From: Candidatus Nanosynbacter lyticus
GTDB taxonomy: Bacteria > Patescibacteriota > Saccharimonadia > Saccharimonadales > Saccharimonadaceae
Direction: 5' to 3'
NCBI RefSeq assembly: GCF_000803625.1
Contig: NZ_CP007496.1
Coordinates: 330,001 to 362,000, forward strand
DNA: 32,000 nucleotides
In this document: one piece after another, positions 18,352 through 26,667 of the stretch
How the letters are laid out: every line of letters starts with the position of its first letter
Position numbering within the stretch: position 1 is the first letter of the stretch
Notes under the pieces: generated by a model
Told to the model about the DNA's origin: nothing
Seen by the model: only the letters and a program-made list of their open reading frames with translations
Database searches by the model: none
Made by a program: the position numbers and the translations under genes

Positions 18352-18941
18352 TACTTAGCCTCCTTTTTAGCAGTCTTTTTGACTGGCTGAGTGTTGAGCC
18401 ACTGTTCGCGTGGAACCAGTGATTTCAGTGCTTCAATAGTTGCGTAGGCGATGTTCACCTTGTTGGTTGAACCCAGTGACTTGGTGAGCAGGTTGCGGAC
18501 ACCAGTCACGCCGATGATTTGTCGCACCACACCACCAGCGATGATACCGGTACCAGGAGCGGCTGGCTTGATCAGCACGCGAGCACCTGAGAACTTAACT
18601 TCGCTGTCGTGCGGAATGGTTTCGCCATTCAGTGGCAAGGTGATCAAGTGCTTCTTGGCGACTGAGGTTGCCTTAGCGACAGCCGCTTGCACGTCGGCAC
18701 CTTTGGCCACGCCAACACCAACCTTGTCTTTGCGGTTACCGACAACCACCAACGCCTTGAAACGAAAGCGGCGGCCACCTTTGACCACGCGGGACACGCG
18801 GTCAATGTTGATTACCAATTCTTCAAACTCTTTTGGTGCGTCATCACGCACATTTCGCCGGTCATCGCGGCGACCACCACGCGGACTGCGAGGCCGGCGG
18901 CCTTCTGCGCGTGGGGTAGTATTTGCAGCTTGTTCTGCCAT
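18351..18941 (-). CDS. rpsE: 30S ribosomal protein S5
   Basis: FEELVINIDRVSRVVKGGRRFRFKALVVVGNRKDKVGVGVAKGADVQAAV; start taken at MAEQAANTT (18941). Confidence 0.97.
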   Translation of the reverse strand: MAEQAANTTPRAEGRRPRSPRGGRRDDRRNVRDDAPKEFEELVINIDRVSRVVKGGRRFRFKALVVVGNRKDKVGVGVAKGADVQAAVAKATSVAKKHLITLPLNGETIPHDSEVKFSGARVLIKPAAPGTGIIAGGVVRQIIGVTGVRNLLTKSLGSTNKVNIAYATIEALKSLVPREQWLNTQPVKKTAKKEAK

Positions 18942-18942
18942 A

Positions 18943-19293
18943 CTAGAACTCCAATCCTTCTTGGCGCGCAGCATCAGCCAATGCTTTCAAGCGACCAGCG
19001 TACTGGCGGCCGTTGCGGTCAAAGACCACTGCGCTAATTTTACTTTTCTTTGCTTTCTTGGCAATTTCGGTACCGATGGCAGCGCATTTTTCGCTCATCG
19101 TACCTTTTGCTTTGGTGCCAACGGTGGTTGCGGCAGCCAATGTCTTGCCTGCGACGTCGTCGATCAGCTGAGCGCTAACATGCAGGTTGCTGATGGTGAC
19201 CGTCAGGCGTGGGCGCTCTGCAGTGCCTGAAACCTTGGCGCGAACGCGGTTTTTGCGAAGAGCGCGGTTGAGTAATTTCTTATTTTCAGCCAT
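18943..19293 (-). CDS. rplR: 50S ribosomal protein L18
   Basis: RALRKNRVRAKVSGTAERPRLTVTISNLHVSAQLIDDVAGKTLAAATT. Confidence 0.96.
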   Translation of the reverse strand: MAENKKLLNRALRKNRVRAKVSGTAERPRLTVTISNLHVSAQLIDDVAGKTLAAATTVGTKAKGTMSEKCAAIGTEIAKKAKKSKISAVVFDRNGRQYAGRLKALADAARQEGLEF

Positions 19294-19295
19294 GA

Positions 19296-19835
19296 TTACT
19301 TACCTGTCTTTCCTGCTTTACGCAAAATTTGCTCGTCAGCGTACTTGATACCCTTGCCCTTGTATGGCTCAGGTTTCTTCAGCGCGCGAATTTCCGCAGC
19401 GACTTGGCCGACTTGCTGTTTATTGATACCACTGACGATGATAGTCATCTTTTCATTGGTAACGGTGATGCCCTCTGGGGCTTTGTATTTGACTGGGTGT
19501 GAAAACCCGAGCGCCATTTCCAGCTCGTTGTTGCTGGAGCTCACGCGGAAACCGACACCATTGACCTCGAGACGCTTCTCGTAGCCTTTGGTGACGCCGA
19601 TTACCATGTTGTTGATCAGCGCGCGCATTAGACCGTGCTGGGCGCGAGCAGTTTTGGACTCATCCTTCGGATGAACCGTGGCGTGTCCGTCTTCGACTTT
19701 CACCTCAACTGCTGGCGTGATGAATTGTGTCAATTCACCTTTCGGGCCCTTTACGACCACGTCACCAGAGTCAACCGTGATTGTCACACCGGCCGGAATA
19801 ACCACCGGCAGTTTTCCGATTCGACTCAGACTCAT
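19296..19835 (-). CDS. rplF: 50S ribosomal protein L6
   Basis: MSLSRIGKLPVVIPAGVTITVDSGDVVVKGPKGELTQFI... RKPEPYKGKGIKY. Confidence 0.97.
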   Translation of the reverse strand: MSLSRIGKLPVVIPAGVTITVDSGDVVVKGPKGELTQFITPAVEVKVEDGHATVHPKDESKTARAQHGLMRALINNMVIGVTKGYEKRLEVNGVGFRVSSSNNELEMALGFSHPVKYKAPEGITVTNEKMTIIVSGINKQQVGQVAAEIRALKKPEPYKGKGIKYADEQILRKAGKTGK

Positions 19836-19871
19836 TACTCACCTTTCGTGTGATTTGATATTAACTTCGGT

Positions 19872-19901
19872 ATTTTAGCATAGATTAGGGGTAAAATGCA
19901 A
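19872..19901 (-). promoter_or_regulatory. Putative sigma70-like promoter for rplF transcription unit
   Basis: Minus strand TTGCAT - 18 nt - TAAAAT upstream of rplF. Confidence 0.45.
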
Positions 19902-19972
19902 GCTTGGCGTGGCGGATTATCATAAATTGCTATATACTTTTAGTATTGCGTAAGTGAGTTGGAGGTTCCTGC

Positions 19973-20569
19973 GTGGCAGAACGATATGAAATAGAGCGTA
20001 AACGTAAATTTTTGGGTGATTTGGAGGAGTTTATTGCACGACTGAGTTCTCAGGGATTTTTTCTGTCTAGCGAAACTACTGAAATTGACACTTATTATTC
20101 TCGACCGGATGTTGATTTTATGCAGACGGTTGAGTGTTTACGGGTTCGACAGCGTGATGATTTTGCTGAGATAACCTATAAGCCACCGACCAATCAGCGC
20201 ACGCACACTGAGGATGGGGTTATCGTCAAGCCAGAAACTAATCTGCCGGTCAATCCAGAGAATACGGCCGTCGCTAAGCAGCTGCTAGCAAATCTTGGTA
20301 TGGTGAAATTGGTCGAGGTCAATAAGTTTAGACGGATATTTAAGTGCGATGATGAGCCGGGGCTAACGATTGCTATTGATGAGATTAGCGGTGTGGGTGT
20401 TTTCATAGAAACAGAAATCATCAGCGAGGATAAAAAGTCGGCTTTGCGGCGAATCGAGGATGTTGAAGCACGGATAGGAGTTCAGGAGTTTGAAATCATC
20501 ACTCGACCGTATCGTGATATTTGTATGTATGCACAATTTACTGAAAGAGATAAGGTGGTAACAAAATGA
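19973..20569 (+). CDS. CYTH-domain protein (second copy)
   Basis: ERYEIERKRKFL (E-x-E-x-K), YKPPTNQRTHTEDGVIVK, LTIAIDEISGVGVFIETE. Confidence 0.82.
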   Translation: MAERYEIERKRKFLGDLEEFIARLSSQGFFLSSETTEIDTYYSRPDVDFMQTVECLRVRQRDDFAEITYKPPTNQRTHTEDGVIVKPETNLPVNPENTAVAKQLLANLGMVKLVEVNKFRRIFKCDDEPGLTIAIDEISGVGVFIETEIISEDKKSALRRIEDVEARIGVQEFEIITRPYRDICMYAQFTERDKVVTK

Positions 20570-21225
20570 AAACAGCTATACTATTTGCCACCAGAAACCC
20601 AGGCAAGTACGAAGAATTCGTTGCAACGTTTCGTAACTTCGACCCGCAAATATCAATTATTTCGCTAGCAGACTTGAGCTATCAAATCCCCGATTGCGTA
20701 GAAACGGGTGTGACTTTTGAACAAAACGCCCTCTTAAAGGCACGACATACGAGGCGTTATTTACGCGGGAATGATAAAAACTTAATAATTATTGCCGATG
20801 ACTCAGGTATGGAGATTGAAGCATTAAACGGCGAGCCTGGCGTGTTTACAAGACGCTGGGATGGTCACGAGATGAGTGATCAGGAAATCGTAGATTACTG
20901 CTTGAAGAAGCTTGAAAATAAGACAAATAGGCGAGCACAATATCAGACGTGTCTTGCAGTAAACTTCCCTGATGGTCGCGAGAAGGTGATTTTTGGAGAA
21001 AATTCTGGCGTTATTTTAACTGAGTCACGGGAGGAGTCGCGACTCAAAGGTATGCCATTTCGGGAGTTATTTTTCGTACCCGAGCTTGATATGATGTTTC
21101 ATGAAGTGCGCGAGCTGCCGAAGTCCATGCGTAGTGAGTATCAGCTTGGGCATGAAATTGCAATCGAAAAATGCGCCACTCTTATAGAAGAGTATGCGAT
21201 GTTGCGTTCTTCGACTGTTGTTTAG
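20566..21225 (+). CDS. HAM1/RdgB-like non-canonical NTP pyrophosphatase (second copy)
   Basis: ILFATRNPGKYEEF, IIADDSGMEIEALNGEPGVFTRRW; ATGA overlap with upstream CYTH ORF. Confidence 0.9.
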   Translation: MKTAILFATRNPGKYEEFVATFRNFDPQISIISLADLSYQIPDCVETGVTFEQNALLKARHTRRYLRGNDKNLIIIADDSGMEIEALNGEPGVFTRRWDGHEMSDQEIVDYCLKKLENKTNRRAQYQTCLAVNFPDGREKVIFGENSGVILTESREESRLKGMPFRELFFVPELDMMFHEVRELPKSMRSEYQLGHEIAIEKCATLIEEYAMLRSSTVV

Positions 21226-21238
21226 CGATAGGGATGTC

Positions 21239-21536
21239 TCACTGATTGGTATCGCAGATAAGGACACTGAGCTTATTAATAAGCGTCGAATCGAGCTGGT
21301 TAGGGGCAATATCCTGCGGGTGAAGATAAGCTAGTTCCTCGGCTTCCTCACTCACCCGTGGATTACCTAGGAGTGTCACCTCAAAAGCAATGATAAGCAC
21401 CGGGTCATCGAACTTGTTATGCCACGTTGGAATAATCAAGGGATTTTCTGTAGAGACTTTGACATCTGCTTCTAATTCTTCCAGAAACTCTCGTTTCAAC
21501 GCTTACGTAACATCCTCACCATGTTCCAGACCGCCC
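21239..21536 (-). pseudogene. C-terminal half of a split NUDIX hydrolase gene
   Basis: Frame reads GGLEHGEDVT*ALKREFLEELEADVKVSTENPLIIPTWHNKFDDPVLIIAFEVTLLGNPRVSEEAEELAYLHPQDIAPNQLD...; fits Nudix box GX5EX7REUXEE with an internal TAA. Confidence 0.82.
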
Positions 21537-21557
21537 TATGATGTCAAGAGGATGATT

Positions 21558-21742
21558 CTATTTAGCATTGCAATACACCTCCATCAAGAAAGGAATTCGT
21601 GTTTTTCTATTCCGTCTTTTCCTCAATGCTTTTCTAGAATAAACTCTAGCAATACCTAAATCGTTACAAATAGCAGATTCTAGGTATTTTTTCTTATAAC
21701 GTTACCATAACCAATACCTATAGGCTGTTCTAAAAGTTGCAT
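21558..21742 (-). other. Possible third small ORF of the operon, contiguous only with a -1 shift on an A-run
   Basis: AAAGGAG ribosome-binding site then ATG at 21742; with -1 slip at A AAA AAT reads MQLLEQPIGIGYGNVIRKKYLESAICNDLGIARVYSRKALRKRRNRKTRIPFLMEVYCNAK* (61 aa). Confidence 0.4.
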
Positions 21743-21764
21743 AAAAGTCTCCTTTACACCCTTC

Positions 21765-24008
21765 TTATTCGAATTCAATTTCTTCATTTAGACTATTAAA
21801 TAGTTCAACTTGTGCATCTATTTGAAGCCTATTAACAAGCCATCCTCGTAATTCTGCTTGTTGAATAAAATCTTCGATACGATTCTCTCCATTCAATTCC
21901 TTTAAAGTGACAACAACACCGAATCGAACTCCTTGCCCATCTCTAGTTTTTAGCCGTTCAATTGTTTTTATACTCATCCCCCACTGAGGATTAGACTGAT
22001 TTAAAATTGGTTTAACTCGCTTTCGGGCAGTGAATGTCTCTCCTATATGCTTAACATTATCCCATTTTCTAAAAACATTTCGAGCTGCGTTTTCCTTCAC
22101 ATAACCTGGAGTATCTTCCGTATACTGATTATCTTTATTGATTGATTCAATGCCGTCTAGCTTTAGTCTACCAAAGGTAATTTGCATCTCTGTATTTGTA
22201 TAGTCTACTCCCTGATTTCTTGAGCAATTCGGAGAATAACACATTGTTGCTTTAGCAACATATGGATAATTTCCGTTTGATATCGGCACTGGAAAATCAT
22301 AGTTATATGTGTCATATGCTTTAGAAATATCCGAGACGATAAACTTGATTTCATCGTCAGGAGTAGATAAAATATCCTCCATCTTTATCGGAACTATACC
22401 ATTACCAATTAAAGATAAATCAGCAAATGTTTTTTTATTATTCCATGGTATTGCTGAATCAATTAACAAAGCCTTTGCCTCCTCTCGATTAAGTCCCATA
22501 ACATTTATAAGATAAGCCATTTTTCTTGCGATAAACGGTGCTGCAAAACTTGTGCCTGCTACTCGACCTAAACCCAGTGGTTCACATACATTTATAAAAT
22601 CACCATTTCCACCGCCATAATATGAAACATCTGGCTTAACAAAGAATGATAAAACAACACCCTCTCGTGAATATGAAACTACTTGGTCGTTAAAATCAAC
22701 AGAATTTACAATTACAGAATTAAGCGAATCTGCGGGAGCACCTATTCTTTTGCGTTTTCCGTTTGTGGTGGTAGCATTTGTCCCTGCTATGATAAAAATC
22801 ACATCATTCTCAAATTGAATTTCATCTAATAACGCTCCCTCGACAGAAATAAAATTTTCTCTTATTTCATCATTAGATCCTAAAGAAAGATTCCAAACTT
22901 TAATATCAGAATTCTGGGAAATAATCTCTCTAATCTGTTTTATGATTGTAAATGAATTAAATCCACTTTGCAGAGACACGCCAAAATGTCTCACCCTAAA
23001 ATGTCCACAACCATCATCTAAATTTGGATTCAAACTAGCTCCATCAACTATTAGAGAAGTAACTGCCGTTCCATGTTTATAGTCTTGACTACCCTTTCTT
23101 ATTTCATTTGAAACCATGTCATGATACTCAACCCAGTCGTTAAAGTAAACTCTCTCATCGAATAAGGTATCAATAACACCAATAATTGGTTCATTCATTG
23201 GGAATGGAAGATTCGTTTGGAAATTATTATTATCTAAATAAAAATCATCTAGAGATAATTTAGAGAAATCCTCAACAATCATGGAAACAAGATATGGAGC
23301 TTTTGATAATAGCAATTCAATATTTTTTTCATCAAGCAATACGGTTGTTTGATTCATAACATTGGCTTCTGAAACATCAACATTGATTTTCTTAAGTACT
23401 TTTAAAATATCTGTTTGAACATCATAGAATGTAACAATAGAATTAGTTACATCTGAAATTTTAGCGTACTCAACGCCAAATTTCTCAACAAAGCAAGAAT
23501 CTCTCAAATATTGCTGAAACTTAGATTTTGAAATACCATATTCCGAAAATTTTATGGAAGCAAATGTTGATGACTCAGAGAACATCTCACTTGTTATCTC
23601 TCCATCAAAATGTTTCTCAAAAACTTCAATTATCTTACTCAAAACTATAATTGTTTTACTAAGTACATCTCCAGAGATATAGTGAGTAATAATATGCTTT
23701 TTCTTCTCACCATCAAATTTTGCTCCCACAATGGTATCATTAGGGACTGGATTCTCTCTTCCTACATTGAAGAAGCCATTAATACGGTTACTTTTAGCAA
23801 CAATTCGATTATAGTATACACTTATCAAAACACCATCAATGATGCTATCTTTCTCCCAATATTTTTTTACTTTTTCTAAGGAAGAATAAAGACGTTTCAA
23901 ATGTTCCAGTGTAATTACCGTATTTTTTGGTACGGTAATTGGTCCCATACCATTATTTCTCGATTTTTGTGTAAAACTTTTACCACGTAATGTCAATAAT
24001 GTATTCAT
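21765..24008 (-). CDS. Subtilisin-like S8 serine protease, IetS-like (effector/toxin candidate)
   Basis: 747 aa; Asp in IGVIDT, His in HGTAVTSLI, oxyanion Asn in IIAGTN, Ser in RVAGTSFAAPFIA; directly follows AAA ATPase gene. Confidence 0.88.
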   Translation of the reverse strand: MNTLLTLRGKSFTQKSRNNGMGPITVPKNTVITLEHLKRLYSSLEKVKKYWEKDSIIDGVLISVYYNRIVAKSNRINGFFNVGRENPVPNDTIVGAKFDGEKKKHIITHYISGDVLSKTIIVLSKIIEVFEKHFDGEITSEMFSESSTFASIKFSEYGISKSKFQQYLRDSCFVEKFGVEYAKISDVTNSIVTFYDVQTDILKVLKKINVDVSEANVMNQTTVLLDEKNIELLLSKAPYLVSMIVEDFSKLSLDDFYLDNNNFQTNLPFPMNEPIIGVIDTLFDERVYFNDWVEYHDMVSNEIRKGSQDYKHGTAVTSLIVDGASLNPNLDDGCGHFRVRHFGVSLQSGFNSFTIIKQIREIISQNSDIKVWNLSLGSNDEIRENFISVEGALLDEIQFENDVIFIIAGTNATTTNGKRKRIGAPADSLNSVIVNSVDFNDQVVSYSREGVVLSFFVKPDVSYYGGGNGDFINVCEPLGLGRVAGTSFAAPFIARKMAYLINVMGLNREEAKALLIDSAIPWNNKKTFADLSLIGNGIVPIKMEDILSTPDDEIKFIVSDISKAYDTYNYDFPVPISNGNYPYVAKATMCYSPNCSRNQGVDYTNTEMQITFGRLKLDGIESINKDNQYTEDTPGYVKENAARNVFRKWDNVKHIGETFTARKRVKPILNQSNPQWGMSIKTIERLKTRDGQGVRFGVVVTLKELNGENRIEDFIQQAELRGWLVNRLQIDAQVELFNSLNEEIEFE

Positions 24009-24009
24009 G

Positions 24010-25044
24010 TCAATCCTCGCTTAATTCTCGTGAGACACTGCTTTTAGAAATACCTGTTAAAATCTCGATTTCTCGAACAGTAAAACCCAGCTTTGATAAT
24101 TTAGAAATAGATAAATTCCTTCCATTATGCAAACTCCTTAATAAACGTTTTTGATAGTCATGTGGATCTGTCGGATCACTAAATGCCAGTGAAGTTCTTA
24201 TTAAATTCCTCAAGTCACCAGGATTCGGTATAGTCCCACAACTATAAATAATTTTCTTAAATAACTTCAGATCTCTTCCTACATTTTTGAATTGTTTCAA
24301 TAACTCCGTCAAAATAACCACAGCAACTTCAACCTTGTCATCATCAGAATAGCGATCGAAATCAATTATAGCGTCGAATCTTCTAGTAACTGCTTTATCA
24401 AGATTTTCAAAAAGATTCGTTGTGGCAATGAGTATAATCTCTGGAGATAATCTATCTAACTCTTTTAAAAAAGCAGAAGTTACTCTCCCCATTTCTCTTA
24501 AATCATTCTGATTAACCCTATCCAATACGATAGAATCAATTTCATCAAAAAGGATGATATAATTTTGCTTAAAAGGCAAATGATTGATTTCATTAAAAAG
24601 AGCTGCTAAATTTTTAACTGTCTGTCCTAGTTTACTATCAACTAGGTGACTAAAATCTACCACAAGTAATTCTTTGTCAATAAGTCTAGTCACCTGCTTC
24701 ACACTTTCAGTTTTTCCAGTACCTGGTACCCCTACAAATAAGAATTTATTTATTCCAATGTGATGATTAACAGCGTTTATTATTCCTTTTAAGTCATTCA
24801 TAATGGGAAGTGGCAACGGAAGAGGGTTAATATCTAATTTAACAGGAGTCAAATACTCACTTATATTCTCTATTTGTGGTACTAACCTATCACTTTGAGA
24901 TATCATCCCCATAATATATTGTGCTAATTGTGTATCTCCATGTTTATCAAAATTTCGAGCAATAGCTATGCTTTGATTTCTGAATTCTGTCTCTTTGCTC
25001 TCATAATGATACTTTATTAAATCAAGAACATCTGATTTTTTCAT
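24010..25044 (-). CDS. AAA+ ATPase, IetA-like, with C-terminal helix-turn-helix-like segment
   Basis: 344 aa; Walker A FVGVPGTGKTES, Walker B IILFDEIDSIV, sensor-1 IILIATTN, RRFD; tail KLSKLGFTVREIEILTGISKSSVSRELSED. Consensus GGAGG RBS. Confidence 0.88.
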   Translation of the reverse strand: MKKSDVLDLIKYHYESKETEFRNQSIAIARNFDKHGDTQLAQYIMGMISQSDRLVPQIENISEYLTPVKLDINPLPLPLPIMNDLKGIINAVNHHIGINKFLFVGVPGTGKTESVKQVTRLIDKELLVVDFSHLVDSKLGQTVKNLAALFNEINHLPFKQNYIILFDEIDSIVLDRVNQNDLREMGRVTSAFLKELDRLSPEIILIATTNLFENLDKAVTRRFDAIIDFDRYSDDDKVEVAVVILTELLKQFKNVGRDLKLFKKIIYSCGTIPNPGDLRNLIRTSLAFSDPTDPHDYQKRLLRSLHNGRNLSISKLSKLGFTVREIEILTGISKSSVSRELSED

Positions 25045-25068
25045 GACTCAATCCTCCTTCTATAAAAA

Positions 25069-25110
25069 ATGATACTACGCCTTTGGGACAGAGTCAATTT
25101 TTTTGGGACA
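25069..25110 (-). promoter_or_regulatory. Promoter of the AAA-protease operon with direct-repeat putative operator
   Basis: Minus strand TGTCCCAAAAAAATTGACTCTGTCCCAAAGGCGTAGTATCAT: TTGACT - 17 nt - TATCAT with TGTCCCAAA repeated on either side of the -35. Confidence 0.75.
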
Positions 25111-25156
25111 AATTATAAATAAAACCTAGAAAAATATTATTCTTTAATCTCTCTAT

Positions 25157-25276
25157 CCCACCAGAAAGACCCCATGAATCACTTCTCTCTTAGACGAACA
25201 ATAGCTTGCCTGAAGAATCAGACACCAATCCTTTGACGGTTACGCGATAAGCAGCAGGAATATGTTTAAGTTTCAT
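25157..25276 (-). pseudogene. N-terminal half of the split NUDIX hydrolase gene
   Basis: Hand translation MKLKHIPAAYRVTVKGLVSDSSGKLLFV*ERSDSWGLSGG, i.e. the strand preceding a Nudix box (WGLPGGG), then departs into AT-rich DNA. Confidence 0.8.
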
Positions 25277-25345
25277 ATCGTAATTGTAGCACATATGTCG
25301 CTACTCTCGATGAGACGTTAGGCTTGGTCTACTTATCGCACAATA

Positions 25346-25374
25346 AAAAGCACTCGGGAATCCCGAGCGCTTTT
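25346..25374 (-). terminator. Intrinsic terminator downstream of rpsH
   Basis: AAAAGCACTCGGGAATCCCGAGCGCTTTT hairpin. Confidence 0.75.
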
Positions 25375-25391
25375 CTACTAGCAGTTTTAGA

Positions 25392-25820
25392 TTAGTACAC
25401 CTTCAACAGCAACTCACCACCAAGTTTAGCCTTGGCTGCTTCAGCGCCAGTCATGACACCTTTTGAGGTTGAGATGAGTACTAGACCGCGGCCGCTTTTC
25501 ACCTTTGGAATCTCGCTAGCGCCGACGTAGACACGACGACCTGGCTTGGATACACGGGTGATCTCGTTGATGGTGCTGTTAGTACCCTCTTCGTTGATGG
25601 TCACGACCAACACACCACGAGGCTTAGCGTCCTCTAGTTTAACATCTGCAAGGTAGCCGTTTTTGACTAATTGTTCAGCGATGACTTTTTTCATCTTGCT
25701 GGACGGAACACGAACTTCCGTCTTGCCAACCAGTTTCGCATTGCGAATGCGCGTCAGAAGGTCGGCGATTGGGTCTGTAGTTTGCATAGACATTGTCGAA
25801 TCTCCTTTCCTTCTTACCAA
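25392..25820 (-). CDS. rpsH: 30S ribosomal protein S8
   Basis: [44 protein letters not shown]; likely start at MSMQTTDPI or MQTTDPI, inside the tracked ORF. Confidence 0.96.
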   Translation of the reverse strand: MVRRKGDSTMSMQTTDPIADLLTRIRNAKLVGKTEVRVPSSKMKKVIAEQLVKNGYLADVKLEDAKPRGVLVVTINEEGTNSTINEITRVSKPGRRVYVGASEIPKVKSGRGLVLISTSKGVMTGAEAAKAKLGGELLLKVY

Positions 25821-26083
25821 CTACTCTTTGTTATACCTGGGATTTCGCCCTTGGCTGCTTTTTCGCGGAAATTGATGCGGCTCAGGCCGAACTGGCGCAT
25901 GTAGCCACGTGGACGGCCGGAAATGCTGTCGCGGTTCTTGTGCCGAGTTGGGCTCGAGTTGCGAGGCAGTTTCTGTAGACCGTCGAGGTCGCCAAGTTCT
26001 TTGAGCTCAGCGCGCTTCGCAGCGTATTTTGCGATCATCTTCAGACGCTTTTTGTCGCGAGCGACCATTGATTTCTTAGCCAT
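25814..26083 (-). CDS. rpsN: 30S ribosomal protein S14 (long, cysteine-free form)
   Basis: [28 protein letters not shown]...[38 protein letters not shown]. Confidence 0.96.
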   Translation of the reverse strand: MAKKSMVARDKKRLKMIAKYAAKRAELKELGDLDGLQKLPRNSSPTRHKNRDSISGRPRGYMRQFGLSRINFREKAAKGEIPGITKSSW

Positions 26084-26667
26084 TACCTGACGCCTCCTTT
26101 CTTCTCAAACGGCATGCCAAATTTCTCCAGCAAGGCTTTTGATGCTTCCTTGCTGCCGTTCTTGATGACAAATGTTACCTGCAACCCGTGCAAAATCTGC
26201 GTTTCTTCAAAGGTCAGTTCTGGGAAAATTGACTGCTCGATGATACCCAGGTTGTAATTGCCGCCTTTGTCGAATTTCAAGCCAACGCCGTGGAAGTCGC
26301 GCACACGTGGTAATGCTACGTTGATCAAGCGATCCATGAACTCGTACATTCGAGCACCACGTAGGGTCACGCTCACACCGATTGGCGCACCCATACCCTT
26401 ACGGATACTAAAGCCAGCGATTGACTTCTTTGCCTGGCGGGCAACTGGTGCCTGACCGGTGATCTTTTCAACAGTGTTTTTGACAATTTCAAAGTGACGC
26501 TTGTCATCTTTCTTTTTGCCGGTGCCAACGCTCACGATGATCTTTTCCAAAGCTGGCACTTGGTGCACGTTCTTTAGATCTAGTTCGGCTTGCAGTTCCT
26601 TTAGGTATTTCTCCTGGTACAAGGCTTTCAAGCGAGGAGCTGGCACGACGGTTTTCTTCTCTGCCAT
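26083..26667 (-). CDS. rplE: 50S ribosomal protein L5
   Basis: [38 protein letters not shown]; [30 protein letters not shown]. Confidence 0.97.
   Translation of the reverse strand: MAEKKTVVPAPRLKALYQEKYLKELQAELDLKNVHQVPALEKIIVSVGTGKKKDDKRHFEIVKNTVEKITGQAPVARQAKKSIAGFSIRKGMGAPIGVSVTLRGARMYEFMDRLINVALPRVRDFHGVGLKFDKGGNYNLGIIEQSIFPELTFEETQILHGLQVTFVIKNGSKEASKALLEKFGMPFEKKGGVR

Larger units (their letters stand above)
21537..25156 (-). mobile_element. Inferred accessory insertion carrying the IetAS-like operon (no transposase or integrase seen)
   Basis: The two halves of one NUDIX gene lie on either side, in the same orientation; AT-rich interior. Boundaries uncertain by a few nt. Confidence 0.68.

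Noticed and set aside
18451-19230. Long 259-aa plus-strand ORF over rpsE/rplR
   Set aside because: Antisense to two unmistakable ribosomal proteins; low-complexity Arg/Pro/Thr content is typical of shadow ORFs.
21390-21659. 89-aa plus-strand ORF
   Set aside because: Covers the NUDIX C-terminal fragment and element edge; the opposite strand contains the Nudix box, so this frame is probably spurious.
21537-25156. Terminal inverted repeats of a classical IS or transposon around the IetAS-like unit
   Set aside because: Reading both junctions by eye, no convincing inverted termini or transposase ORF; only a 2-3 nt ambiguous overlap.
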